Shown: positions 37,216-47,020 of the stretch, piece by piece | Numbering within the stretch: the first letter of the stretch is position 1 | How the letters are laid out: each line of letters starts with the position of its first letter | Assembly: GCA_965203355.1 (NCBI GenBank) | Contig: OZ241889.1 | Coordinates: 1,856,001 to 1,920,000, forward strand | Direction of reading: 5' to 3' | From: Candidatus Latescibacterota bacterium | GTDB taxonomy: Bacteria > Latescibacterota > UBA2968 > UBA8231 | DNA length: 64,000 nucleotides | Made by a program: the position numbers and the translations under genes | The notes under the pieces: model-generated | Database searches by the model: none | Told to the model about the DNA's origin: nothing | What the model saw: only the letters and a program-made list of their open reading frames with translations

Positions 37216-37358
37216 ACCTGCTTGGGGAATTGTCGCAGAGTTTCGACGCGACTGGCCGCGTAGTCCTTACCGAGCACAGCGCTCCACCGGCCCATCGACG
37301 AAAGCTGGCTGCTGAGCGGACACAGCGCCGCTGTCGGCTCGTACTTGGTGTCCCTCGA

Positions 37359-38402
37359 TCATGGTTGCCGTGCGAAGCGCATGCCCGTCGGGATAATCCC
37401 CACGTTCTCCCCGCGCTGCATGGCCTCAGCCGCGTTGAGGATGCTCGCCAGGTCGTGCTTGGGTTCAAAACCCAACTTTTGCTTGATGTTCGTCAAATCC
37501 AACTCGAAGTAATTCCAATCCGGTCGCCGCGCATCGACGTAGCCCAGACCAAAGCGCTCGGCGAGATAGGGCACGGCCTCGCTCCAATCGAACAGCGCGG
37601 CCCCGCCCAGATTGAATACCTCGCCCACGGCCTCGTTCCGCTCCAGTGCCAACACCAGCCCTTGGACGATGTCGCGCACATCGGCAAACGCCTGCCGATA
37701 GGGCCGTCCGTCTGGATTCCGCGCGAGCAAGAACTGCTCCTCGCCCGTCCACAGCGTCTTGATTTGCTCGGCAAAGGCCCCGGCTTGGTCTTTGCACCGC
37801 TCGTACACCGGCCCGAGCAAAAACAGATGCGGTAAGCCGTTTGCGTCGAGGAATTCTCCCGGCTCAATAATCGAGGCAAAGCGCGTGGTCACGGACGGCA
37901 GCCCGAACTGCAAGTGATAGCTCATCACTAGTTCCTCGCCGATCCACTTGGTCAGGAAATAGGGCATCGTTTGGTAGCGGGCGACCTGATCTTCGCGGAT
38001 TGGCTCTTCAAAGCAGCGGCCCTTGTAGGGATTCTCCCAGTAAATGGCCTCGGTGGAAGCATAGACCAAGCGGTGCAGATTGGGCGTCAGCGCGCGAATT
38101 GACTCTAGCACGTTGATGGTGCCCATGCCGTTGATTTCGAGGTATTCGCGGTTGTCAAAGGGGCCGGCAAAGGCGGCGGCCAGGTGGTACACCGCATCGA
38201 CTCCTTCGACGGCTCGGCGCACATCGGCGAGCTGGCGCAAATCGCCTTCGATGGTTTCGACGCGGTCAAAGCCGTCGAGTTTGTGGGCGCGGCTTTGGTC
38301 GCCGGGATAGACAAACGAGCGGATGTCGTGCCCTTTGTCGAGCAGGGCTTTTGCCAGGTTGGCGCCGACGCGGCCGGTGCCGCCAGTGATTAGGATTTTC
38401 AC
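37359..38402 (-). CDS. NAD-dependent epimerase/dehydratase (extended SDR)
   Basis: ITGGTGRVG, HLAA, YFLTK (YxxxK); GTG start after GAGG. Confidence 0.9.
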   Translation of the reverse strand: MKILITGGTGRVGANLAKALLDKGHDIRSFVYPGDQSRAHKLDGFDRVETIEGDLRQLADVRRAVEGVDAVYHLAAAFAGPFDNREYLEINGMGTINVLESIRALTPNLHRLVYASTEAIYWENPYKGRCFEEPIREDQVARYQTMPYFLTKWIGEELVMSYHLQFGLPSVTTRFASIIEPGEFLDANGLPHLFLLGPVYERCKDQAGAFAEQIKTLWTGEEQFLLARNPDGRPYRQAFADVRDIVQGLVLALERNEAVGEVFNLGGAALFDWSEAVPYLAERFGLGYVDARRPDWNYFELDLTNIKQKLGFEPKHDLASILNAAEAMQRGENVGIIPTGMRFARQP

Positions 38403-38431
38403 GTTGCACCTCTTTGCTAGGGATGAATGGT

Positions 38432-39922
38432 TTAGTTGGCGTTGGGCAGGGCGCTGGCCAAGAGTTTTTCCGGCGTGGCCTCGGCCCGCGTGTACTCGGC
38501 GGCGATCCGTCCGGTGCGCATCACGTACACTCGGTCGCACAGCCCGAGAATTTCGGGCATTTCCGAGGAGAGGACCACTAGGGCCAACCCTTGACGCGCC
38601 AGTCCGTCCAGCAATTGATAAATCTCGGCCTTAGCGCCGATGTCGATTCCTCGGGTCGGCTCATCGACGAGCAGCACCCGCAGGTTTTCCTTGAGCAGCC
38701 AGCGGGCCAGCAGTGCCTTTTGCTGATTGCCGCCGCTGAGCCGCGCAATGGTCTGCTCTTGGTCCGGGGGACGCAGGCGCAGGCGGGCGACGAGTGCGCC
38801 GACTTGCTGCCGCTCTATGCCTACCTGTACGCGACCGGCGCGACAGAACTGCTCTAAGGCCGCGACGCTCGCGTTGGCGCGGACGCTTTGTTGGGCGAAA
38901 AGGCCGTCGGCTCGGCGATCTTCTGGTACTAATCCTAACCCGAGCGTGCGCGCTCGGGGCGGCGAATTCGCTGGTACGGCTGCTCCGCCGATGGTAATGA
39001 TGCCAGCGCGGCGGTGATCGGCGCCCATTACGGCGCGCGCTAGTGCAGTTCGCCCCGCGCCCATTAGGCCGGAGAAGCCGACGATTTCCCCAGCGCACAC
39101 CCGGAAGGAAATGTCCCGCACCCGGTCCGTGGTCAGCCCCTCCACCTCCAGCGCGCACGGCCCCGGCGGGCGATCGGCCGCGGGAAAACCTGGCCCCAAC
39201 GCCCGCCCGACCATCAGGGCGATAAGTTGCTCTTCGTCGAGGTCGGCCGCCTGTTCGCAGGCGACGCGCTCGCCATCGCGCAAGACCGTCACTCGGTCGG
39301 CCAGTGCCATGACCTCGGCGAGCTTGTGCGATACATAGACCACGCCGACGCCCCGGGCCTTGAGCCGGGCAATGAGCGCGAAGAGCTTGTCGGTCTCGCG
39401 CGTACTCAGGGCCGAGGTCGGCTCATCCATGATGATAACTCGGGCGTCGCTCGCCAGTGCCCTCGCGATCTCGATCAATTGCTGGGCGGCAACGCCGAGG
39501 TGGCCGACCTTGGTCTGCGGATCGACCGCCAGCCCGACCTCGGCCAATAGCGTTGTCGAAGCGTCGTGGAGCGCGTTCCACCGGACGCGCCCACCGCGCC
39601 CGTGCGGCAGCCGACCGAAGAACAGATTCTCGGCAACGGACAGCGAGGGGACTAACTCCAACTCTTGGTAAACGACCGCTAGGCCGTGATCGATGGCTTG
39701 GCGCGGATGGCGTATATCTACGGGCTGGCCGGCGATCTGGTAGCGGCCCCGGTCGCGGCTATACACGCCGGCCGCAATTTTGATCAAGGTGCTCTTGCCC
39801 GCGCCGTTTTCGCCGACTAGGCCGTGGACTTCGCCCGCCTGCACGGCAAAGTCAACGCCCTTGAGCGCATAGACGCCGGGGAAGTGCTTGTGGATGTCTT
39901 CTAGGGATAAAAGCGGCGTCAT
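38432..39922 (-). CDS. Monosaccharide (CUT2, RbsA-like) ABC transporter ATP-binding protein
   Basis: GENGAGKST, MDEPT, LSGGNQQK, DEPTRGID; two ABC domains. Confidence 0.95.
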   Translation of the reverse strand: MTPLLSLEDIHKHFPGVYALKGVDFAVQAGEVHGLVGENGAGKSTLIKIAAGVYSRDRGRYQIAGQPVDIRHPRQAIDHGLAVVYQELELVPSLSVAENLFFGRLPHGRGGRVRWNALHDASTTLLAEVGLAVDPQTKVGHLGVAAQQLIEIARALASDARVIIMDEPTSALSTRETDKLFALIARLKARGVGVVYVSHKLAEVMALADRVTVLRDGERVACEQAADLDEEQLIALMVGRALGPGFPAADRPPGPCALEVEGLTTDRVRDISFRVCAGEIVGFSGLMGAGRTALARAVMGADHRRAGIITIGGAAVPANSPPRARTLGLGLVPEDRRADGLFAQQSVRANASVAALEQFCRAGRVQVGIERQQVGALVARLRLRPPDQEQTIARLSGGNQQKALLARWLLKENLRVLLVDEPTRGIDIGAKAEIYQLLDGLARQGLALVVLSSEMPEILGLCDRVYVMRTGRIAAEYTRAEATPEKLLASALPNAN

Positions 39923-40890
39923 GTCGGCGGGGCGAGGAGGCGCCGTAGGAGGCTTTGTTTGCGCCGGGTGTCTAGGTACACGGCGAGGATAATTACCGCC
40001 CCGCGCGCCATGTCGTGGTAGAAGGACGACACGTTTAATAGCACCAAGCCGTTGGAGAGCACCGTCAGAATCAGGACGCCGATAAACGCACCGCCGAGCG
40101 TGCCCACGCCGCCCGTCAAACTGATGCCGCCCAAGATCACGGCGGCGATCACCTGCAACTCAAACCCCAAGCCGGCATTCGGTTGCCCGGAGTTGAGGCG
40201 CGAGGCCAAGATAAAAGCGCTCAGCGCCGCTAGTATGCCGCCGAGGACAAAGACCAAGACGCGCGTACGGTCGACGGCCAAGCCCGCGAGCCGCGCCGCT
40301 TGGATGTTGCCGCCGATAGCGTAGATGTAGCGGCCGAGGATGGTGTGGTGGAGGACGTAGTAAAACAGCCCCAAGAGGACAAAGGTCACTAGCACTGGAA
40401 TCGGGAACGGCCCCCAATGTCCGGTTCCCACTTCGATGAAGCCTGCTACTTTTCCTTGGATCGATACCGCTTGGGTGCTGACCATGGCCGCGCCGCGCAA
40501 GATCGCCATCATGCCCAAGGTTGCGATCAGAGAATTGATGCCGGCCTTGGTGACCAACAGTCCGTTGCACAAGCCGACGAGGGCCCCAGCGGCGAGTGCG
40601 GCGACGAGGGCCAGCGTCGTGCTTTCAAACTGGTTGAGCACGGCCACGGCGATGATACCGGCCACCGCTTGGGTCGAGCCGACGCTGAGGTCGATCTCGC
40701 CGAGCAGGATGATCATCACCATGCCGATGCCGGCGATGGCCACTAGCGAGGCGTCGCGCAGCACGTTCTTGATGTTGACCGCCGTAAAGAAAACCGGCGT
40801 CAGCAGAGCAATCCCCACGCAGAGCAAGACCAGTGCCAGCAACAGCCCGGCCTGCTCGCTGTGGAACACCCGCGAGAGCAAGCGGCTCAT
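39919..40890 (-). CDS. Monosaccharide ABC permease (RbsC-like)
   Basis: EIDLSVG, GRYIYAIGGN..AARLAG, ELQVIAAVILGG. Confidence 0.95.
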   Translation of the reverse strand: MSRLLSRVFHSEQAGLLLALVLLCVGIALLTPVFFTAVNIKNVLRDASLVAIAGIGMVMIILLGEIDLSVGSTQAVAGIIAVAVLNQFESTTLALVAALAAGALVGLCNGLLVTKAGINSLIATLGMMAILRGAAMVSTQAVSIQGKVAGFIEVGTGHWGPFPIPVLVTFVLLGLFYYVLHHTILGRYIYAIGGNIQAARLAGLAVDRTRVLVFVLGGILAALSAFILASRLNSGQPNAGLGFELQVIAAVILGGISLTGGVGTLGGAFIGVLILTVLSNGLVLLNVSSFYHDMARGAVIILAVYLDTRRKQSLLRRLLAPPT

Positions 40891-41873
40891 TGCGGCATCA
40901 AGGCCCGCACCGCATCCACCTTGAGCGGGAAGGGCGGCTCGGTGCTCGTGTCGTAGAAGCGGCTGAGGTTGTCGCGGGTGACGACAATGGTTGGGGTCTC
41001 ATAGTGGGCGGGGAGTGGCTCGCCCCGCGCTAGTTGTACCGCCGCATCGATGAGCGCACTCCCGACGAAATTCGGAAACATCGCTAGGGCCGCCGCGTAG
41101 GGCGTGTCGCCGGTAAGGGCCGTCTGTCCTACGGTGCCTTCAAAGCCGAAGCCGATTGCCGTCAGGGCTGCTTCGTCTAATCCGGCCGCCTTGTAGGCTG
41201 CCATGCCGCCGGTCGTCGAGTCGTCGTTGATGCCGTAGATCGCGTTGATCTGGGGGTTGGCCGTCAGCGCGTCCTGTGCCACCTTGAATGCTTTTTCCTT
41301 GAGGCCCTGTCCATCGACCTCTTGGACGATTTGGTAGGTCAGCCCTGAAGCCGCGAGCGCGTCTTTGAAGCCATCGACTCGCTGGCGGCAGTCCTCGAAG
41401 TTGGGGAAGCCGATGATGAGGATTTTGGGGTCGAGGCCCTTGGCGGCGGCGTGACTGGCAAACCACGCACCGGCCTTGCCTCCGCCCGCGTAGTTGTCGA
41501 TCCCCACGTAACTGGCGGCCTCGGGCACGGGATTGGATTCGGTAATTACCTTGGCCCCGGCGGCCTTGGCTTGCCGCACTATCGGCCCCATGGCCTTGGC
41601 ATCAACGGGCGACAGCATCAGCACCTCGACGCCTTGGGCGAGCAGGTTTTCGGCTTTGGAGATTTGCGCGGCCACGTCGAGGTTGGCATCGGCGACGATC
41701 AGCTCGACATCCAACTCGGCCGCGCGCGCTATCGCTGATTTGCTGATGTTTTGATACCACTCGTGCGACATGAAGTTGATGACGTAGCCGATCTTGAGTT
41801 TGTCGGGCGCGTCGTCCGGCGGCCCACAGGCGACCCAGAGGACGCACAGCAGCCAGGTTTTAATTTTGCTCAT
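40887..41873 (-). CDS. Monosaccharide ABC substrate-binding lipoprotein (RbsB-like)
   Basis: Lipobox WVAC; VGIDN, RVDGF, IYGIND. Confidence 0.92.
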   Translation of the reverse strand: MSKIKTWLLCVLWVACGPPDDAPDKLKIGYVINFMSHEWYQNISKSAIARAAELDVELIVADANLDVAAQISKAENLLAQGVEVLMLSPVDAKAMGPIVRQAKAAGAKVITESNPVPEAASYVGIDNYAGGGKAGAWFASHAAAKGLDPKILIIGFPNFEDCRQRVDGFKDALAASGLTYQIVQEVDGQGLKEKAFKVAQDALTANPQINAIYGINDDSTTGGMAAYKAAGLDEAALTAIGFGFEGTVGQTALTGDTPYAAALAMFPNFVGSALIDAAVQLARGEPLPAHYETPTIVVTRDNLSRFYDTSTEPPFPLKVDAVRALMPQ

Positions 41874-41881
41874 TGGTTCTC

Positions 41882-42721
41882 CTATCCCTTTACGGCCCCA
41901 GCCGTCAATCCTTGGACAAAATACCGCTGCAATCCGACAAAGAGCGCGATGGGCGGTAGGCTAAAGATCAAGGATGCGGCGAATAGCTGGTCGTATTTGT
42001 TGACGTATTGGCCTAAAAACGCAGCACGCAACCCCACCGGAATGGTCAGGGCCTGCGATTTGGTGAATACAAAAGCGAACAAGAATTCATTCCACGAAAG
42101 CAAAAAGGCAAAGGTCCCCACCGCCACGATCGCGGGTGCGGCCAGCGGCAGGACGATTCGGTAGAGTAGCTGGAGGCGGTTGCAGCCGTCGATGAGCGCG
42201 GCCTGCTCCAGATCGGTGGGGATGGCGCGGAAATAGCCGTTGAGCAGCCAAGTGCAAAACGGGATGGCAAAGCCGGTGTAGATCAGCACCATGCCCACGT
42301 GCGTGTCGAGCAAGCCGAGCGAGCGAATCACCTGAAAGAGCGGGATGAGGATCGAAGAGCCAGGTAGCATTTGCGACATCACCACTACCATCAGCAACAA
42401 GGTGTTGCCGCGAAAGCGAAAGCGGGCAAACGCATACGCCGCGCAGACGCTAAACCCGAGGGCGATCAGAGCGGTGGAAAGGGAAATCGCCATGCTGTTG
42501 GCAAAGTACTTTACAAACGGCCCGGTGTCCCACATTTCGACGTACGCGCGGAAGGTGAGAGAGCGAGGGAAAACCAGCGGTGGGGTGCGGGTCATCTCGG
42601 ACAGGGGGCGCATGGACGTGGTCACCACCCAAATCAGCGGCATCACCAGCGTGCATACGAAAACCGAGCCTAAGCCGTAGGCGAGATAGGCGCGGACCTT
42701 TTCTTGGGTTTTAATTCGCAT
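41882..42721 (-). CDS. Carbohydrate (CUT1, MalG-like) ABC permease
   Basis: AAYAFAR, LEQAALIDG (EAA loop), SWNEF, GLTAGAVKG. Confidence 0.95.
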   Translation of the reverse strand: MRIKTQEKVRAYLAYGLGSVFVCTLVMPLIWVVTTSMRPLSEMTRTPPLVFPRSLTFRAYVEMWDTGPFVKYFANSMAISLSTALIALGFSVCAAYAFARFRFRGNTLLLMVVVMSQMLPGSSILIPLFQVIRSLGLLDTHVGMVLIYTGFAIPFCTWLLNGYFRAIPTDLEQAALIDGCNRLQLLYRIVLPLAAPAIVAVGTFAFLLSWNEFLFAFVFTKSQALTIPVGLRAAFLGQYVNKYDQLFAASLIFSLPPIALFVGLQRYFVQGLTAGAVKG

Positions 42722-43095
42722 GGCTTTGCATGGGGGCATTGAGAAGGGGTTGGTCGCTCAATGGCATCTCTGATAGTTTGTTCACCCTCGTTGAGGAAGG
42801 ACATTGAAAGATTGTTCCCGTCCAGAGCATAGCACGGCTCATCGGGGTCGTCAATCGCGTTGTTCGGAGAGTATGCACGGGCCACGCCGTGATCTCCGAA
42901 AAAGACTTGGCCATTTGGGCGATACTGGTCGGACTTTTGACATGTTCGGCGACCGCATGGCCAGGATTGCACGATCGGAACTAGGGCTGGCCGCATCATG
43001 GCTAGAGCGGCGGTTTGACCGGGAATGGTTGATACGATACGTTGAGTACGATGGCCTTCTTGGATGAGGCGGCAATGATAGATGGGGACACGTGA

Positions 43096-43413
43096 ATGGA
43101 TATCCGGGACATCATTCGAGCTATAGATTCGCAAAACTATCGCATCACTAGTCATGGAGATGAAGAAGCAGAGAATGATCAACTGGGTTTTGAAGAGATA
43201 TTCTATTCCGTACGCAATGGCGAAATTATCGAAAATTATCCATCAGATCAGCGGCCATTTCCAAGCTGCTTGATATATGGGACAAATGTATATGGAGAGC
43301 CAATCCACAGTGTTTGGGCTTACGATGCAGAGAATCAACGGGCATTTCTCATTACCGTCTATCGCCCCGATCCAACCCGTTGGATCAACTGGCGTGAAAG
43401 GAGGAAAAAGTGA
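43096..43413 (+). CDS. DUF4258-domain protein (putative TA toxin)
   Basis: T.HG.EE...D, GEIIENYP.D..PFPSCLIYG...PIHSVWAY......LITVYRPDP..W. Confidence 0.88.
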   Translation: MDIRDIIRAIDSQNYRITSHGDEEAENDQLGFEEIFYSVRNGEIIENYPSDQRPFPSCLIYGTNVYGEPIHSVWAYDAENQRAFLITVYRPDPTRWINWRERRKK

Positions 43414-44519
43414 TGCTTGACAAATGTCCAGTATGTGGAGGCGGGATTGTCAAAAAGCAAGTCAATAAGGTTTTGCGTGAAGGCAATCTCACGGAGAAGG
43501 TAAAAATTCAAGCAGACGTTTGCCTCTGTTGTGGCGAACGCTTTTACGAGCCAGAGGTCATAAAACGCTGCGAAAAGGTTAGAGCAAAACTAGAAAAAAT
43601 GGTTGATTCCCAGACTACATCACGGGAAGGGCTTTTGTGCAAGTTGAGCTATGAGCGCTGGATCCTCAATTTTCTAGAGGAACGCTATGATAGTCCCGAC
43701 AGGAACGTAATCAAGATCACGAGCGGCCAGCCGCCTACTACTATCTCAGATGGTGACACAGAATACGTTTTTACGGACCCAACTTCCTTGGACAAGATAA
43801 TGCCTCTCACTGTCATCGTTTCCTTTAAAGTACTGGATATGATTTTTGAGTGGATGCTCGAAGAGAATAACAAAAGCGTTCCTCGAGGTTTTGGTGAAAA
43901 ACTAAAAGAACTGGGAGAACTGGAGAAGGAATCCGACCGCCAACTTCCGCCTCTCTTCGCAATTCAACCATACCTTTACAACTACTCAAAGGCACTTTTT
44001 TGTAAACTGCTGCCATATCGCAACGAGATCGTGCGTAAGAATGATTTTTCAGTCTTTGAGAACACATTAATTCTATCGAGCTCTAGGTACGGTACCAGTC
44101 TAACCTTGAGCAGCAAACAAGTGGCTTGTCTTGTGCGTTTTGTGAATGCGCTCATTCGTGCGCTGTCGGGAGAAATGGTCGTCAGTGGTTACAAGAACAA
44201 GATGCTTCAGCATTATCTCGACATCCTCGCCTCGGTGCATGAGCAACCGACTTTCAGCCAACAAGAGCCGTGTTTCGTACAGGTCAAATTCGAGGCACCT
44301 AAGTGTGGGGCAGGCTTTCCAGTCGATCTGAAACAAGTACGGGATAGGCTTGAGTCCAAATTCCCGCAACAAGAAGTGATTTTCGACCTTAAAGTGCGAG
44401 CAGTAGAGGACGAGAATCCCATCGCAGAATGGTACTTCGCACCCGAGGAAGTGCCAGATTTGGACTTGATGATCTTGTACGAAGAGTCGCACAAGAAGAA
44501 CCGAGTGTCCTTAGTTTGA
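43410..44519 (+). CDS. YgiT-type zinc finger fused to a ~300-aa HEPN-like domain
   Basis: CPVCGG...VCLCCGERFY; GTGA overlap with DUF4258; downstream RNEIVR resembles the HEPN Rx4H motif with His replaced. Confidence 0.65.
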   Translation: MMLDKCPVCGGGIVKKQVNKVLREGNLTEKVKIQADVCLCCGERFYEPEVIKRCEKVRAKLEKMVDSQTTSREGLLCKLSYERWILNFLEERYDSPDRNVIKITSGQPPTTISDGDTEYVFTDPTSLDKIMPLTVIVSFKVLDMIFEWMLEENNKSVPRGFGEKLKELGELEKESDRQLPPLFAIQPYLYNYSKALFCKLLPYRNEIVRKNDFSVFENTLILSSSRYGTSLTLSSKQVACLVRFVNALIRALSGEMVVSGYKNKMLQHYLDILASVHEQPTFSQQEPCFVQVKFEAPKCGAGFPVDLKQVRDRLESKFPQQEVIFDLKVRAVEDENPIAEWYFAPEEVPDLDLMILYEESHKKNRVSLV

Positions 44520-44686
44520 TTATGTCGCTGGTGAAGGTATTGGCGAACATCCTTCAAAGCCAAGCTGTCTTCTGAAGACCTACATCAGCATCGTCGAGGG
44601 ACGTCCAGCGAGCTCTGAAGGCAAGACTCCCTCCTTTCGAGATTTTTCATTCGCTCAATTGACAGCCCCCAGAATTTTCCCGCTTC

Positions 44687-45592
44687 TCAATTCGCATCCC
44701 CGCTCCTCCTCTCGGCGCGGAAGAGTACGCGAATGAAGACCATACTCAGCGTCAGCAAAAAGAGCAGCAGAATGAGTGCTGCGGCCGCGCCCTTGCCGAG
44801 CCGCAGGTGTTCAAAGGCGATGCGATAGACCGTGATCGGCACCACTTGCGTGGCCTTGGCCGGGCCGCCCTCGGTCATTATGAAGATCAGCGCGAAGTCG
44901 TTGACCATCCAGATGGTGGCGAAGAGAAAGACCACCCCGATCACGTGTTTGAGCTGCGGCAGCGTCACGTGGAAGAAGCGCTCGAACACGTTGGCCCCAT
45001 CAACGTGCGCGGCTTCGTACAGCTCGGCGGACACGCCCTGCAAACCGGCGAGCAGCATGATGGTGATATAGGGCATGAAGCGCCAGACGTTGGCCACCAC
45101 CACCGCGCCCATAGCCGCGTCGGGTTGCGCCAGCCACGGGACATTGGCGTCGATGAAGCCGAGGCTCCTGAGCGCGTGATTGACGAGGCCGAAGCTGTCG
45201 TGGAAAAGCCAGCGCCACATGTAGCCGGTTACGACCGGAGCGATGGCCCAGGGGATGAGCAGAAAGCCGGTAAAGACGGGCCGATACTTCTTGATCTCGT
45301 TGAAGATCAGCACCATTCCCAAGCCTAGAACGAAGGCCACCGGCAGGGAGTACAGCGTAAAGCGCATCGAGCTCCAGATGCTGTTGACGAAGGTGCGGCT
45401 GCCGAAGAGCTTGGCGTAGTGGGTCAGGCCGATGAACTCGTCGCCAGCACCGCGGAAGAGCTTCACCTTGTACAAGCTCACGATCAGGTTGCTGAACACC
45501 GGGTAGAGAATGACGACCGCCAAGACCAGCATGGCCGGCAGCAAGAAATAGTACGGCGTCAGGTTTTTGCGCCATGCACCGCTAGTAATCAC
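44687..45592 (-). CDS. Carbohydrate (CUT1, MalF-like) ABC permease
   Basis: LLPA....ILYP, FIGL.HY, LYEAAHVDGA, MTEGGP. Confidence 0.95.
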   Translation of the reverse strand: MITSGAWRKNLTPYYFLLPAMLVLAVVILYPVFSNLIVSLYKVKLFRGAGDEFIGLTHYAKLFGSRTFVNSIWSSMRFTLYSLPVAFVLGLGMVLIFNEIKKYRPVFTGFLLIPWAIAPVVTGYMWRWLFHDSFGLVNHALRSLGFIDANVPWLAQPDAAMGAVVVANVWRFMPYITIMLLAGLQGVSAELYEAAHVDGANVFERFFHVTLPQLKHVIGVVFLFATIWMVNDFALIFIMTEGGPAKATQVVPITVYRIAFEHLRLGKGAAAALILLLFLLTLSMVFIRVLFRAERRSGDAN

Positions 45593-46847
45593 GCAGCACC
45601 TCGTTTACTTCTTCGGCGGCAAAATCTAGGGCCTCCTTATGGCTTAGCGAGCCGGTCAGCGCCATATTGACCGCGTCGGCCAGGTGCCGCTGGACTTGGG
45701 TAATCGCCGGATGCCCCGGCCAGCCCAGCCCATTGGCCCCGGCCGTGGCGAGCTGGTCTAGGTCGATGTAATCGGACTGAACGCCTTCGGCATAGGCCGC
45801 CTTTAGCGTGGGAATGCCGCCCATGGTTGGGTTGGGGTTGCGCCAGACCGGATGGTCCAAGTTGAGCGCTTTGACCACTTCCCAGGCTTCGTTGGGCACT
45901 TGGGTGTAGCCGGTGATGGCGATCATAATTACGTCGAGCAACGTCCGCGATGGATGGGGTTCCAGCGGCTCGGCCGGGCCGGGCACTTGCGCCAGCGCCA
46001 GATTGTTTAGATCGAAGTCGTAGTTGCCGTGGACGATATCCTGCCACCACGGCCCTTCAATCGACAGCGCGGCCTTGCCGGTCGACCAGTGCGCGGCATT
46101 CTCGTCGAAGCGATAGGCCGCGCTGCCAGCCGGTAAATAGCCCTTGTTTTTCATCTCCACTAAAAACTCCAGCGCGGCCTGCCCGGCCGGGCCGTTAAAG
46201 GCCGCAGCCGACCAGTCCTCGTTCAAGACGCGCCCGCCCGCTTTGTACAGCAGCGGCAAGAAGCGGTAGGCCGTGTCCAGATTGACGCCTCCAGGGATGG
46301 TAAAAGGCTCGATCCCGGCCCCCGCGAATCTTGGCCCGAGTGCCAGCATTTCGTCCCAAGTCGTGGGCACTTCGAGGCCCAGCCGCTCCATAATTTCGGT
46401 GTTGACCGCCAGGACGAAAGGCAGCATGGTCACGGGCAGGCCGTAGTGTTGGCCGTCGTATTGGACCAGCTCCCAGACGTTGTCGAGGACGCGCTCTTTG
46501 ACTTGGGGAAAGTCAGGGAAATTCTCCAGCGCGTACAAGCCGCCCAACTCGCCGAACTCCACCGAGTACTTGTGATGTACGCGCACGATATCCGGCCCAG
46601 CGCCGACGATGGTGGTGCTGATCAAGCTCTCGCGCTGGGTCGCCCAGTCGCGAAATTCCAACTCGATTTGGATGTTGCGGCGCGTGGCGTTGAAGTCGGC
46701 CACGGCCTGCTGCACCCATTCGCGCAGACCCGGCACCCCGCCGAACTCCCACAACACCACCGTGGTTGGCTCGCCGGGACGCGGGCGGTCGTCGCCGCCG
46801 CAGGCGATCAGGCCCACGAGGAGGGGAACTAGTATTCTTTTGTACAT
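45582..46847 (-). CDS. Extracellular solute-binding lipoprotein, family 1 (sugar ABC)
   Basis: Start reset to ATG 46847, lipobox LIAC; GPDI, YGLP, PTTWDE, GKAAL..EGPW. Confidence 0.9.
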   Translation of the reverse strand: MYKRILVPLLVGLIACGGDDRPRPGEPTTVVLWEFGGVPGLREWVQQAVADFNATRRNIQIELEFRDWATQRESLISTTIVGAGPDIVRVHHKYSVEFGELGGLYALENFPDFPQVKERVLDNVWELVQYDGQHYGLPVTMLPFVLAVNTEIMERLGLEVPTTWDEMLALGPRFAGAGIEPFTIPGGVNLDTAYRFLPLLYKAGGRVLNEDWSAAAFNGPAGQAALEFLVEMKNKGYLPAGSAAYRFDENAAHWSTGKAALSIEGPWWQDIVHGNYDFDLNNLALAQVPGPAEPLEPHPSRTLLDVIMIAITGYTQVPNEAWEVVKALNLDHPVWRNPNPTMGGIPTLKAAYAEGVQSDYIDLDQLATAGANGLGWPGHPAITQVQRHLADAVNMALTGSLSHKEALDFAAEEVNEVLRDY

Positions 46848-46854
46848 ACGAACA

Positions 46855-46869
46855 GCATATGCAATATGC
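46855..46869. promoter_or_regulatory. Candidate operator (6-3-6 inverted repeat GCATAT-gca-ATATGC)
   Basis: Lies 7 bp upstream of the binding-protein start, in the divergent intergenic region. Confidence 0.35.
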
Positions 46870-47020
46870 AGGTCAATAATCCGCCGAAATTTTGGCCACT
46901 TGGTCGGCCGCCAGTTTATAGTAGCCAAAGCACGAATGGCCCACAATACGGGCCGCGCCGGCTGGACATGGCTGGCCGTATTCATTACTAATGAAAGCCA
47001 ACCCTCATCCAATAAGGCTT

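Larger units (their letters stand above)
42713..44697. mobile_element. ~2 kb insertion between the two CUT1 permease genes, flanked by the 9-bp direct repeat AATTCGCAT
   Basis: Repeats at 42713-42721 and 44689-44697; lower GC; genes in opposite orientation; no transposase inside. Confidence 0.7.

Noticed and set aside
42670-43182. 170-aa minus-strand ORF at the edge of the insertion
   Set aside because: It overlaps both the malG-like and DUF4258 genes with no recognisable domain; at most a relic.
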